A DNA stretch of 57,867 nucleotides, filler included, from Sluysia triapertura (taxonomy: Eukaryota), in assembly GCA_046118255.1 (NCBI GenBank). It is 4 parts of 4 records of this genome, joined end to end, with 100 filler letters (N's around TTAATTAATTAA, not from the genome) between each part and the next. Parts side by side here need not be neighbours in the genome. Positions count along the whole stretch, not along the records: positions 1 to 17,659 come from JBJNIA010186167.1; 3 more parts are not named here. One strand, given 5' to 3'. The translations under genes were made by a program, and so were the position numbers. Positions 1 through 13,105 of this stretch are shown in pieces. The notes beneath the pieces are model-generated. The model was not told where the DNA came from and did no database searches. It was given only the letters and a program-made list of their open reading frames with translations. How positions within the stretch are numbered: the first letter of the stretch is position 1; each line of letters starts with the position of its first letter.

Positions 1-330
1 GATGTACTATTAAACAAAAAATCGTAATATAATTTATTATCAATAAGAATTTTTACTAAATACTGAGAACAACTAAAGCGACAAAAATAACAATAACGTT
101 TATAATAAAATCAAAAATATTACAATCTAATTAAGACAAAACAACTAGGAGTGACGCAACAGACACTATCAATATCAGTATCTAGAAAGTTAATAGTAAT
201 TATATTATGTAAATATTTTTGGTCAACGTCACAAAGAGTGATTACGATTACAATGAAATTCTTTGGTAAATTTAAAGAAAAACTTGACAGTAATTTCTAA
301 AGATAAAATACTTAATATTTTGATAGATTA

Positions 331-530
331 AATTGCGTAGGGAGTTTATATTCAATTCACCTTAAAAATAGCTGAAAATCAAATATAAATTAAATATAAA
401 CTTCAACAAAAATTACGTAAAGAGTATCTCAATTAATTACCTTAAAAATAACAAAAATCAAATATAGTCTTTGAACAAAAATTGCGTAGGGAGTCTGTTA
501 TCGATTAACTTTAAAAATAGCTAAAAATTA
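331..530. repeat. three diverged ~70-80 bp tandem units
   Basis: Units start AATT(G/A)CGTA(GG/AA)GAGT and contain CTT(T)AAAAATA; copies begin near 331, 411 and 480. Confidence 0.75.
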
Positions 531-1056
531 ATTAGAAATTAATATTAGCTTATATTAAAATTATTCAAATTAAAATAAAGTTAATTATTTATATTATTTT
601 AACAAAATAATAAATAAATAAATGAATAAAAATTAAAAACTTTACCCTATGCATGGACCTTCACTAAATAAATACATAATTGTGTCATTGTTGTTAAATA
701 TTTAGAAATCATTATCCAATCAATTCCCAGTCTCACAACCCAACACTATCTCACACAAATTATTCAAACCTCTTTGAGAATCAAACCGACAATAACAACT
801 TTGACAATTACATGGTACTGTCTGTCAAACTTTATTAGGTATCAAACATAGAAATCTGATTTATTATCAACCATCATTTCTTTTTACTCTACTCAGTCTA
901 TTTTTACTTAAATTACTAATCACATTAAAATAACAATCAGCAATACTGTTAACATACATAAAAATAATGAATTTTATTATTCTCAAACGAACCATTTTAC
1001 AAACTAGTTGTTGTCTCTAATGTATTACGTCAAGAAAATTCTACAAATTTATATTT

Positions 1057-1430
1057 TTGAATGAGTTTCGAACTAAATAATGTGTATTATTTCTTGATCA
1101 CAAATGTCCATCTCATAACCCATTCATATGTTTTAATTGGCATGTTCCAAATCAACGTCGTCATACACCAATGAGTAAGTCTGACGCGACATTCAATTAC
1201 AATCCTGATGTTTATTGTATTTCTTATGATGAAAACACATGAATTTGCCCAAATGAAGATCATTGTCAATATGTTCATCAAAACGCAGGAGATACGGAAC
1301 GTCTATATCACCTACTTTATTACAAAACAGCCAATGCTTGTATGAGACATAAGAATCTGGTCAATGTCTTAAGAACGGACATCATTGTGCATTTGCGATT
1401 TGAGACAACAGTTGTATGTTGCTGGATTAC
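1057..1430 (+). pseudogene. unk: Unkempt (UNK) CCCH zinc-finger pseudogene, ZnF1-3
   Basis: Reads LNEFRTK*CVLFLDHKCPSHNPFICFNWHVPNQRRHTPMSKSDATFNYNPDVYCISYDENT*ICPNEDHCQYVHQNAGDTERLYHLLYYKTA, then frameshifts to CLYET*ESGQCLKNGHHCAFA. This is collinear with the Unkempt N-terminus (EFRTEQCPLF...FNYSPDVYC...GDTERRYHLRYYKT). Stops at 1078, 1240 and 1350; no introns. Confidence 0.93.
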
Positions 1431-2599
1431 TGGTTACGTCGGAAAGACTCTAGGTGAGGAGATTGTGCAGTATTTTAACCATCCTATCCAAATAGCAAAT
1501 TCTTCGATTAGTGGCTACCCAATTGAAATTAGTCAAACGCTCGTGTCCCAGACAATTCTAAGCGTTCATTGATAATGACAAGTTTTTTAAGGTAAACTAT
1601 TATTTTTTACAAATTTTATTGCATTACTATAAGTGTCGATTTATATTTGAAAAGGTCACTCTCCATACGCTAGTTCATTCTCTCAATAAAAGAAGAAAAA
1701 TATAAATCTTATGTTGAAATATAAAATTATATAAATTTTATGTTATTAAATATTTTTTATTAAAATGTTTAATTCATGTTGCATATATGCACAAGGTCTT
1801 ATTTCAATTATTTCAATTCTAAAGACAAGTAAGAAAAACTTAATAAAGCAATGATTTTATTTATAATGAATAAATTTAATTTAAAAAATTTAACAATAAC
1901 TAATTCTAAAACATTCGAAGAACCTCCAAACTCATGACGTTAAGAATTCATAATTAAAAAAGCAACGAAAAACATTTGTTTAATAAACAACCCTCATTTA
2001 ACTGCACTAAGATTGTTAAGGAAAACTTTTCGTAGTTTATCTGACTTAATTTACGTCAGATAAATTAATTTATGCCTTCTTTAAGATATAAACCATAAAT
2101 TATAGGTAGACTCTTTACATATTAACTTGTTGTATAATTGTTAAGATTTTAAGAAGTAATACAACAATTAATTAATTTAATTAAAATTGTTTGAAAATCA
2201 TTTTTAATCAATAACTTTGCACAGGAACGGGTATCAGATGTAATAAAATACAATCATGAAATTTTATTAGTATTATGAACACGTCTAACAAATTTATTTT
2301 ATTATAGTCAACTATACTATTATTATACGGTTCTTTAGGCCCAACAAACGCAAAATCATAAGTTTTAATTAACTTTTTTATCATAAAGTTAAATTTCTAT
2401 TTATCATGTAGTGGATTTCATGAATTTTAGAATTGTGTAATATAATTAAAATCTATTTTTAATGTATAATTAATTGTATTCAATTTATTTTGAAATTTAA
2501 TAATTTACGTAATTTTAGACAATTTAACTTCGGCTTAAGGTCTTTTATAAAACGAATTATCGCTATTATGAACAATTCAAATAAACTAAAAACACAATT

Positions 2600-3604
2600 T
2601 AAATTTTGTATTAAACACAAAAAACAGGATCAACATAACATAAAAACATACAATTAAATCGAATAACCATAGTAATAAGTAAATATCAAGATAAACATTA
2701 GCAACGATTAAAATAGTTTTAATAATCTGAATTATTAAGAAAGGAAGTCAACAAAGAATAAAACTTCCAATTTCGACACCTAATGTTCTGATAACTTTAG
2801 AATATCTGAATTTTTTCTACAAGTATTTATTGTTGATTTAAGCATAATTCACCTAGTACTTTCATCACTTCTTCTAGTCCATTATCACTAAGACCAATAA
2901 TGGTAGTATTATGTTTTTAAATAAAATATTTGCTTCATCATCTTGTCACTGTTATTAGTACTGTTATTAACACTGGAATTCATTTTTACTTCATCATTAT
3001 TAAAATTTACGTTTAAGTCTTCCTCATACTTTTTTATCTCCTTTAGCCATTCTTATTACAACTAATGGTATATAAAAGGCCCATATAGCATATATTTGGC
3101 AACCAAGACTATTACAATACTGACAAACTCCGGGCACATATGTATCTCTCCATCTCAAGGCAGGTGGAATTGTTATATAAGTTGATATTAAAATCGCGGC
3201 AGCCGTCAGTTTATTGGTCCTCATTCGAGTACATTTCACTGGACTTGTAATCACTAAATACATATAGATTCAGTATACTCGTTGTAAAAATGCAACATCA
3301 AAAAAGTATAAACATAACAAATTTCTTGACCAAACGGCCATTGATACGTGTTAATTGATTATAAACCATTACAGGCATTAAAATTTTATTTACTAAAAAA
3401 ATCACCAGCTGCAAAATTGAGAATCAAAATATTACTTGATGTACGTAATTTTTGAACTAAAATAACTAAATGATTATCACCAATTGACCCGACTGCCATG
3501 ATAATTAAAACAGTACCCATAAAAACTTCCGTACTAACAGGATATTTGACACGACTGAAAAGTACCTCTAATTCTGAGATGTTATTACTTTTTTTAATGA
3601 ACAA
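2600..3604 (-). pseudogene. class A biogenic-amine (serotonin/octopamine-like) GPCR pseudogene
   Basis: TM1-2: IGDNHLVILVQKLRTSSNILILNFAAGD. After TM3: YLVITSPV..RMRT. TM4-5: ITIPP..W..VC..LGCQIYAIWAFYIPL. TM6: KVIRTLGVEIGSFILC*LPF, where the CWxP Trp is TGA at 2748-2750. Several frameshifts. Confidence 0.85.
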
Positions 3605-6249
3605 TTCATTGATATAGCTTCAGTAGTTTTAATGCTTATAGTTTATCATGATTAATATAATTATTTGAGTTTTTTCAATATCAGTAGAAGAGGTAATAAT
3701 TAATTGAACAACTGCAGTTAATATAAATTGAGTTAAACTTAACTTTTTCATAATTTGAAATAGCATCCAAAATAAATACCGAATATAATACAAGTTTGTT
3801 AATTATCTGTTTAATTATTTGATTTATTTAAATATAATATGAGAATAAATCGAAAACAGTTCAGAAATTATTTAGTTATTATTATTTTCCAATAATGATA
3901 AATATTGTTAACATACATAAAAATAATTAATTTAAATTTAATTATTAGAATTCAATTGTTTCCATTTCTCGCCCCCCAATTTTATAATGAAAAATGTTTA
4001 AAGCTCTCATTCTGAAAAAACCTAATTCAAAAACGTTTTAAACTCACTTCTAGATTCTCCTCTTCCATATCAATTCATACCATGTACCATTGCAAGGAAG
4101 CTTACATAGCAAACAAAAAATTTTTAGAACAAGGAACAATACTGAAAGATAAAAAGATTTTAAATCGAATAGACGTATATTCATTATGTAAGATCACGTA
4201 TAAGAGTACAGTAGTTATAAGTGCTACGATTTTTTCTTTTATTTATTTGTGAACATTGTTATAAATGATAATGGTCCGCTCACGATGTACGATTTAGACC
4301 CAAGAGACGTATTCGTAAGTAACAGCATGTATAACTTTAAGATTATTCTCTGGAAATATCTAACTATACTACTCGCACTTTAGTTATTTATTTCCCACAG
4401 AAACATTTGTTGTAAAGATGTTGTCAACTTAATAACGTCTTAGTCTTTAAGAAAGTCTGAAAGTTTTTTTGTGAAATCAATATATGTAAGTTAATTTGTA
4501 TTTTATCTACCCTAATATTAATAATAAACAATAATTAATAATTATATTGTATGCTCAACGTTTATGCTATCAATATTTGGTTTCTCTTATGTTCTTGAGA
4601 GACTAATTAAGTCAATAGTTCGAATTGAATAACTTTTCCCTAATCGATTTTGGGTAATACTAATATATGTTTTATCCTTACTTAAATGCTCTTTCAGATT
4701 GCATTAATTTTCTTTATTTTAATTCCTTAACGGTGAATAAATAATAAATAAATAATATCCTTGTAATTATTTAAATAGAAATTCTTTAAATACTTCTGTG
4801 TTAAAATAATAGATCTTTTAAATAATCAAACACGCATCCAGTACGTAAATTTTATTAAAAATAAGTAAAATAAAACTGGGCTTATCAACAAAAGGATTAC
4901 AACAATAAATATAATAATAGAACAACGTCTAGAATTTATTTAAATATTTCATAAAAATATTATGTTTGGCCTAAACCGAACTTGTAAAATTCGACATTTT
5001 GAGTCTGATTTTGTAATTCCTAACAGAATTAAATCTTATCAAGAAAAACTTACTGATAACTTAATTTAATCAGGTGGCAATAAAGTAAAACTGAAGTCAG
5101 CAGTCTAAATCAACGAATATCACGAACGATGAAATGCGTTGATTACAGAAATAACAGTAGAACTTTAGCCACTTAATTGATAATCGATACTTTAATCACT
5201 TAATTGACAATTGATTCCGAAAGTCTTGATTACAGAAACAACACGACTTTGGTTACTTTATTACGAATAATGCCAAAAGAATCTCAAATTATTAAGTCAC
5301 AACAAATCAGTTTTTTAAAATTTTTAAAATATTTAATTGACTAAAATTTCAACAATGATTCTATTTTATATTATCGGTATGCATTTATTTTTAGTAATAT
5401 TAATTATTTTTTAGCAAATGAAATCAAATAAGGTGAGTAACCACTAATCAGAAGAGTTAAAAAGAATAACAGTTAGTTATTCTTTTGTTTTATTTTATTT
5501 TATTTATTATTATTATTATACTTATTTCTTTATTCAGATTAAATAAGATTAGCTTTATTATTATTAATATTTCTTGTCATCTTCATCATCGTCATTATTA
5601 TTATTATTAATATTATTATTATAATTATATTTTCAGCTACTGATTACGGTCATGACTGCTCTTGACATAAGTAAAGTTTCGAAAGCATTAATAATAATCA
5701 TAAGAGTAAGAATTACAACTCCAGAAAAAGAATTTTTAAAAAGAAATCAAATATTTTATTAAAATTAATGTTAGAGAAAATCGATTACATACTATTTCAA
5801 TTGAAAGTAATTAAACTTACAGAAATCTCAGAAAATGTTAATTAATGAATCACTGAGAAAAGCAAAATTAATTTCTATTAATCATGTAAATAATTAAAAC
5901 AAGTACTTTAAATGTAAAACTGAAATAAATAAATTGATTAAATCTGAAAAATCTCAATATTCAGATGACATTAGCAAATGTATTTTTAATATTACATTGA
6001 CAAAATTTCTATTGCTCAGAAAGATCAAAAAAGGCTTAATCGATTATTAAAAACCTTAAAATATTTTACTGAAAGTCCACTAAACTAAATTTAGATTAAT
6101 ATTGTTGTGGATCTGCAAAAGTTAAAACTGAATATATTTTACTAAATAATTAGAGAAATATTTTTATAATATTAATTAGAATAAAAGGAATAATAGTAAT
6201 TGTTTATAATTATTGCATCACTTATAGAAGTACTATATAAAACGAAACT

Positions 6250-6456
6250 TTGTCAGTCCAAAAAACATTTTTATTCGCCTTATTTACTGACATAATTGAA
6301 GATAATTTAGTGAAATTATATCAGACTATAGAACATGATTATCCAGCATTATTTGATATTTTGAAGAATTTTTCAAAGGTTTGTTTGTTGAAATGGAAGT
6401 GCACCAACTCGATATGTCAAGGATGGAGAATCACTATAAAAAACAAAGTCAGGTGA
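6250..6456 (+). mobile_element. possible hAT transposase dimerisation-domain remnant
   Basis: LVKLYQTIEHDYPALFDILKNF weakly resembles the hAT C-terminal YPxL motif; the diagnostic ERxFS is absent. Confidence 0.25.
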
Positions 6457-7718
6457 TAAAAGTCAAACTGAAAAGTAATCGAAGAATTTTACAAATGGGG
6501 CAAGTGAACTAAATATTTGTTATTAATTGTGTAAATGTTTCATTTGTTCACGTTCTTTTTCTTATTTCTTTATTTGTTATCCTTATAATATTCAACAGCT
6601 TATTGATATATTTGATCATGATAAATTGATATCTTTAAAGAACATCTTGAGCTAAGGTAAGTTCCATTGATGAATTAGTGACATGAAAATGATATTTTCT
6701 TTTTGATTTATTTTGATTAAAATTAAACTAATTCATATTCTTTAAATGTTTTTGGATATTTAATTAAGCTTGTTAATCAAGAATCTTGTTTTAACTTGGA
6801 TGATTTGCTAAGCTCAACATTAATTAAATGTTAACTATTGAATAAATTTTCTCACATCTGAAATTGCACTGTTCATTTTTAATTTGAATGATTATGTTTG
6901 ATCCATGACGATTGTGCAATGATGACGAAAATACACTTTTAATGCTATACTGTTTAGTTAACATTGAGACAGAATAAAAAGATAGATAGAAGGTTGGGAA
7001 GAGTTAAGAGTGCTTAACAGAAATTTCATTGTTACTTAATTTTTGTTTAATTTTAATTTTTTAGAGGTTTTAATGTTGATGTGGTAGGTTTATATGCGTT
7101 TGTGTTTGGTATTTTGTTTATTTTAAATATTTCAGATTTTAAATGAAAAGTTTGAATTACCACACATTCGATTTTGTAGCATGTTTATTATAAAAATAAA
7201 TAACATAGTTTATTTTGCCATTAATGTGATATCGGATGAAAACTCATCGAAAACTCCTACTAAGTTTATGAAATATATTAGTCAATCCGATCATAACTTT
7301 ATCATGACTTTATATCTGAAATGTAATGTCAGTAATAAATCAGTAGATTAGAATGTGGAATTTCGAAAACATTTCTAAGTAGAAATATATTAAAATGAAT
7401 ATATACAATACTGCAATGGTTCCTCTAAGGTGAATTTCTTATCTACTAGGATGCAAATTCAATTTTATTTTTGATGAAATATGCACTTTATTAAAAAAAA
7501 CATAAATTCGTTAAATGTATACCATATTTTCGGACAGAGGCAGTATTTTATAACAATTAAAAGTATTAAAACTTTATAATTTAGGCTAAATATAACAAAC
7601 ACTACGAAAATAAATTAAAATAATTATATATTTGAATTAATGAATTACAAATAAAAAGAAAATTTTCTTCAAAAAATATAAACATTGGTATATATCATCA
7701 ACTCCTAAAATCAAGATG

Positions 7719-8036
7719 CTACAACTCAGACCTTAGATTATGAAGTATTTTATATTTACAATCAAGAGAATCATTATTATGATCATGAGAATATATTAAA
7801 TGATAATTATTTTTTACTGGATCAGAAATTGCGCTATTTAACGTCAATTCAGATAATTTCTCCAGAACTCTTCCTTGATAACAAAGAATATGATGTGGCA
7901 TTAAATTTCCATGAACAAATTTAATTGCTTTTTCAGCTGTTAACCGAGATATATCATCATCCTTCATTGCTCGATTCAAGGTATCATTTAAATCATGTAA
8001 ATCTTGAGAAATAGGCCACCATAATGAATTCGAAAC
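7719..8036 (-). pseudogene. protein-kinase-like fragment (subdomain VIb-VII-like)
   Basis: KFVHGNLMPHHILCYQGRVLEKLSELTL resembles VHxDL.P.NIL...KLSDFGL. It is preceded by an acceptor-like TTTGCAG; catalytic residues are degenerate. Confidence 0.35.
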
Positions 8037-8121
8037 CTGCAAATTAATTTATTCTGTGAAATAAATTAAAAAATCTACTAATAATAAACCTTTAATTATG
8101 ATTTTCAATAATCGCAGTATG

Positions 8122-8345
8122 TATGGTGGTTCAGCCCACGATTACACACATATTACATAAATCATAATAATCAATTACACACAAAATGCATTACCACAAG
8201 TCTTGCTTATATCATTCCATAACGTTACATTATTCATCGCCCGTTTAACATTATAAATTCACAGTTGTCTAATAAGATTTGTTTCATTAACATTCTAAAT
8301 TGCTACATTAAACATAATTCCCGCTGTCACCCCATCATCATTGTG
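8122..8345 (+). mobile_element. LTR remnant (TGTGGTGG-type start)
   Basis: TATGGTGGTTCAGCCCACGATTAC aligns with TGTGGTGGTTCGGCCGATTAC at 44053 and is CA-rich like the other LTR starts. Right end approximate. Confidence 0.5.
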
Positions 8346-8719
8346 ACGCAACACTTTTTCTGGTACCTTGCAACTTTCATTTTTATGTTTTTTGCAATTT
8401 TATAAGTATATAATTGCACCATTTTACATTTTTACAATTTTATAACTGCGTAATTATACAATTTTATATTTATGAATTTTTGTAACTTTGTAATTTCATG
8501 TTTTTATACCATAAATTGTTATTTAGTTTATCTTCACATTTTGAATAACAATAATAATAAATTTTTACGTGCATCTTTGGTAGGGTTTTGTAAAGTGTTA
8601 ATAAATTATTAAAATTCTTGTATTTTAAGTTGAAATTATTATAAATTTTTTTGCAATCATAAACTAAGCATTGTTTACAATTATAAATTTTTATACATTT
8701 ATTCAAATTTATTATGAAT

Positions 8720-9960
8720 ATATTAAACAAATTAAATAATAATAAATCAACAAAATTAGCAACTTTATATTTTTTGTAATATTAAATTTGAACATAGTTA
8801 ATAAAGTTAATGTTGCATCCATGCGTTCATTAATCTGCCATTCCAACAAATAGTAACCTGCAAAAACATAAACTTTAAGTGAAATAATGAATTAAGAAGT
8901 TTAAAAATTACATCATGTGGATATTGTAATTGTTGTATGGTCTACCATATCATATTCTAATATTGAAAGTTACAATCGCTTATGGATCTACTTTCTTTAG
9001 ACTTCGTGTCAGAGGTAATTTCGCGATGGGTGGTGACATTTACAACATAAAATATAATACACGGCTTACGAAACGTCGAACTCACATTTTCTCTGGAAAA
9101 GATCCTATTCATGTTTATATAAACATATATACAATAAACATTGATACTAATTATATAATCATTAGCTGTTTTTAACTCAATTTTACTAATCTTTTGGTCA
9201 TTATATACTACATCATCGATTAAAAGATTTGGCAAATCTGATAGACTGAATGTGACTTGAACCAAACTAAACTTTAATTTATTAATTTTAAGATTGTAAT
9301 TTATAAAAATTGACCATAATTCTAAACTAGACTCTTTAAAAATCATAGGTAAAATAATAAGATCTGTTAAACATTTTATATAATATATTATTAAATAATT
9401 TCGTGATCTTTGATCGATTACATTCAGTGACATAATTTCCTTGGACACTTTTAATGTTTCTATTGTATGACATAAAACTAGGTCGTAAAACCTTAAGTTT
9501 AAAATAGGTATTTAACATCTACAGAAACTTAAGATATTATATGATAATGAATATGACGATTTAATAACAGTATTAGCATAAATAATTCTCAGTTTCGCCA
9601 ATGATCAATTTCACTCGGAAAACATTCCAATAATGACTTTAGGATTTTATTATCTTCTAAAAATCTGTAACAATACGAACCATTGAAATTCATTATGAAG
9701 AATTTTCCTAAATTTATCAATTAACTTTATATTAAATATATTAATGATTCGACCTGATCCATTTACTAAATTAATTTTGTTATCTGCGTCCATAAAATTG
9801 TTAAAACTAGTCCGACATGAACAATGAATACCAATGTTTAATGACAAACATGTTTGTATTTGTTCGCATTTTAGCTTTATTCCAGATAATTTTTCAATTG
9901 AAAGATCGTCATTTTTTTCATAATCCTGTTCTTCAATAAAAGTTTTTCTTAAATCTTTGA
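8720..9960 (-). pseudogene. CBP/p300-like RING/PHD-HAT remnant
   Basis: Collinear blocks: RKTFIEEQDYEKNDDLSIEKL (cf. TTISKDQFEKKKNDTLDPEPF); EFQWFVLLQIFRR**NPKVIIGMFSE..KLRIIY (cf. [28 protein letters not shown]..RRVY); RMDATLTLLTMFKF (cf. MDGRDAFLTLARD..EF). Many stops and frameshifts. Confidence 0.5.
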
Positions 9961-10099
9961 TGTTTTACATTAACGCGAATGTCTGAATTGTCACTGTATA
10001 CATGACGAGAATTTGAAATTGTAGCCATTTTTGTTAAGTTTTAGAATGTTTTGAAATTTTTTCATAATCAAAGTTATTCTAATAATTTATAAAATTTTA

Positions 10100-11242
10100 T
10101 TTAAAACTTTACCTTTTTGCAGATTATGACCAGTGATTGGTCATCCAACAAGAATTCTCTGTGTAATTTAATGAAATTAATTCTGGTTGGATGTCAGTAA
10201 TATAAGTAGAGATTTAATGAAATAATAATGACGAGTGATTGGCCATCATCAGTGTTGATACAATACTGATGACAGTGAAGAATGTCAACACTGGTGATGG
10301 TAGTAACAATTGTTACTAAGTTAAATTAAATTGATGAAATTTATAATAATAATAACAATAATGTTGTTATTAATATTACTTTTATGTAAAATGTTAAAAT
10401 GCATAAACTTCTTATCTGTTACTTTTACACGACCTTCCTATCTTTTACATTAATTTCTAAACATATTTTAAATTGAAATGAAATAGCAAAATGATAAAAA
10501 TGAATGTAATAATAATAAGATGCACGATGTTGAAAATCATTGTTGTTATTGCATTGCATAAACTTGAATTCTTTAAAACTGTACACTATCTTCCTTTAAT
10601 TCTTCTAGATTTCTAAACATATTTTGAATCTAATAATATTGGAGTACAGATTAGTTTGAATGAATTTATATGTGTGATTAACGTTTTAAGTTATAATAGT
10701 ATTTGTTATGCAATGCAGTTAATTGCGGTACACTGGAATGAACTTTTAGGTATTTACTCATGTTTCTGATTAAAAGTATATTTAAACATTGGAAGATCGT
10801 GAATAAAAGACCTATTGAGAAGTGTAATTTGGTAAATGTGAAGAGGTAAGCTACAATACAACTATTGGTATATTTGAGATATTATTGTGTAATGTTTTAT
10901 GTGATTTGTTTATTTGTTGTTTTTGAACGGTATTGCATTGTGTTGTTGGTGATTGTGCAGAGACAAATGGTGAATTTAAGGTATTGTAACTGATTCGAAG
11001 ATCTAATGTAAATAATTTCAAATGTGTATATTATTTGGTTGTTAAGAATATCGAGTTACATGTTTTTGATAGATTTGTTGATGTAAGTTGATGGTATCAG
11101 ATGTATGGCTTTTATATTATGAGAATGTGAATATGGCTTAGTTTAGTTAGGTGACCAGTTTTGTAAGTGTGTAAATATCGATGTGTTGGAAGTTTAATTA
11201 ATTTTTTTTAAATTTTAACAGTTATAAAGGTTCTCCACTACA
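10100..11242 (-). mobile_element. LTR-like segment upstream of the CBP-like remnant
   Basis: Minus strand starts TGTAGTGGAGAACC at 11242 and is CA-rich. It has CCAAT boxes (ATTGG on + near 10136 and 10238), a 16-bp inverted repeat (10243-10258/10285-10300) and the motif CTGTCATCAGTA, one mismatch from the hairpin arm at 38050. Confidence 0.5.
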
Positions 11243-13105
11243 AATCAATATAAATTATATTCAACAATTTTAGCAAGTTATAGTTGCATTACCACGGGTT
11301 CATTGATTATATAATTGCATTGATATTGTTGTTTAGACTACTTTTTCTGATTTAGTTATTCCTAAGTTGATTCATTGATATTATTATTGTGTAAGTATGA
11401 ACTAATAATAATCTGTATTTAGATTTTGTGATTATTAAATTATTGTTAGTCTTAATTTGAATTTTGAAAAATTCATAGCTTGATTGAATAAATATCAAAG
11501 TAAAAGATAATTTATATTTGAGTTTGTGATAACAGAATACAGTGACTAATTCAAAGATGAGGCATATGTTACAGAATATCGGATATAACGGAAGAAATTT
11601 TAATTAATTCTCTTTAAATATAAAAGAACTACGTATGATATATTAATCAAATAAGAATTAAGACTTGTGGCAGCAGCACGAATCTAATTAATCCGAAAAC
11701 ATAACGCTGATGTATTCCACACTGAAAGTAGTTTTGGCCTGATAGTAACAATTAAAAATAGAGAAAATCATTTTAAACACTAAAATGATAGTAGTCCGAA
11801 GTATAGTGAGAATAATTTGTTATTATCATTTCAAGATAAATACACATTTTTGTAGCAATTCATTTGTAGCTTTTTTCAAGTTTATTTATGTTTGTGGCCA
11901 TAAAAAGTTTGTAAATTCCATAAGTTGTATATTATAATACATTGAAAGTATCACGAGTATATTGATTTTGATTTTTTGAACATTAGAGTTTATAATTAAT
12001 TGTAGTATAATTCTCAGAGATCATTAATATTGTTTTAAAAGATGTAACAGTACATACTGTTAGGATTTAATATTTTCAGTTAGCTGCTAAACCACTTATC
12101 AAAATACACGACGCTAATATTATAAAAACAAAAATTAAAAATCAATTGCAATGATAAAATCCATTCAATAAACAAAATATTAAAATTTAATTTAATAGTT
12201 AAATATTACTTAAAATTTAAATTTATTAATATTTACCAATATAAGTCAGAACATATCATATTTAACATAAAAACCTAAATTTGCCTCATCTTTGTCATAA
12301 AAGTTGTAGTGCTCAAACGAAGTTTTTAATTCTGCGTTTTAAATTTTTATACTTCTGCATGTAACTTCCTAACAATATTTTTCGCAGAAATCATCTTTTG
12401 AAAATTGATGCAGCAATGACTACGACGATTATGTGGTACTATCCGTCAGACTAAATTAAATAAAGAATTTTTGTAATCAATTGTTATTTTTCTATCGTTT
12501 TATTGAATTACAACTCAAATTAAAATGGTGACTTATATTTTATAATTTATTCATGGTCAATTTTCAAATGAAAAATATTTTAACACTCCTAAATACGTGA
12601 TACATTTCAACTTCATACCAATTATCTCAAATTTTATTCACATTCTTTATGCAGTTCTAAATCGATTATTTTGAAGAATTAAAGTTTTCTTGCAACATTG
12701 AAAACTTTTATCATTGTTACTAATAATTTTATTTCAGAATTATTTTCGTAGATTACTTAAAAAGTTTTTCAGATTGTCTGCTGAATCTTCTGATTAATTT
12801 TATGTTAATCACGGTTAAATTAACCGTTTAAATTGGTCAGTAAAATAATTTATACAATCAATTAGTTCTTACACTAAACCACTACTAAATAATCCTTATT
12901 AAATGTTATTGGAATCACACTAAGGCAAGCATTACAAATTCCTAATTCACAAATCGTCTCACAGATGTGCATAGTAAATGTTTTCTTTCAAATAGATCTT
13001 TTAAAATATTTAGTCGGAAACCTAAATGTTACACCGTTAATATGTAATGGATATCTTAATTCAATTTAAATATATAACAATTTTGTATTTAATTTGTATA
13101 AATAA

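Noticed and set aside
331-530. CRISPR-like array
   Set aside because: Eukaryotic context, whole units are homologous with no unique spacers, and there are no cas genes.
1057-3604. Alternative genetic code (TAA=Gln, TGA=Trp) explaining the in-frame stops
   Set aside because: TGA also replaces Gly, frameshifts co-occur, and intact genes end in TAA/TAG and use TGG for Trp.
8090-8240. ZZ zinc finger (W*CILCVIDYYDLCNMC) on the minus strand
   Set aside because: The same bases align on the + strand with the LTR start at 44053; Cys codons arise from CA-rich LTR sequence.
8340-8730. TAZ zinc finger following the CBP-like HAT remnant
   Set aside because: Cys spacing is only loosely suggestive in low-complexity AT-rich sequence, and the His ligands are missing.
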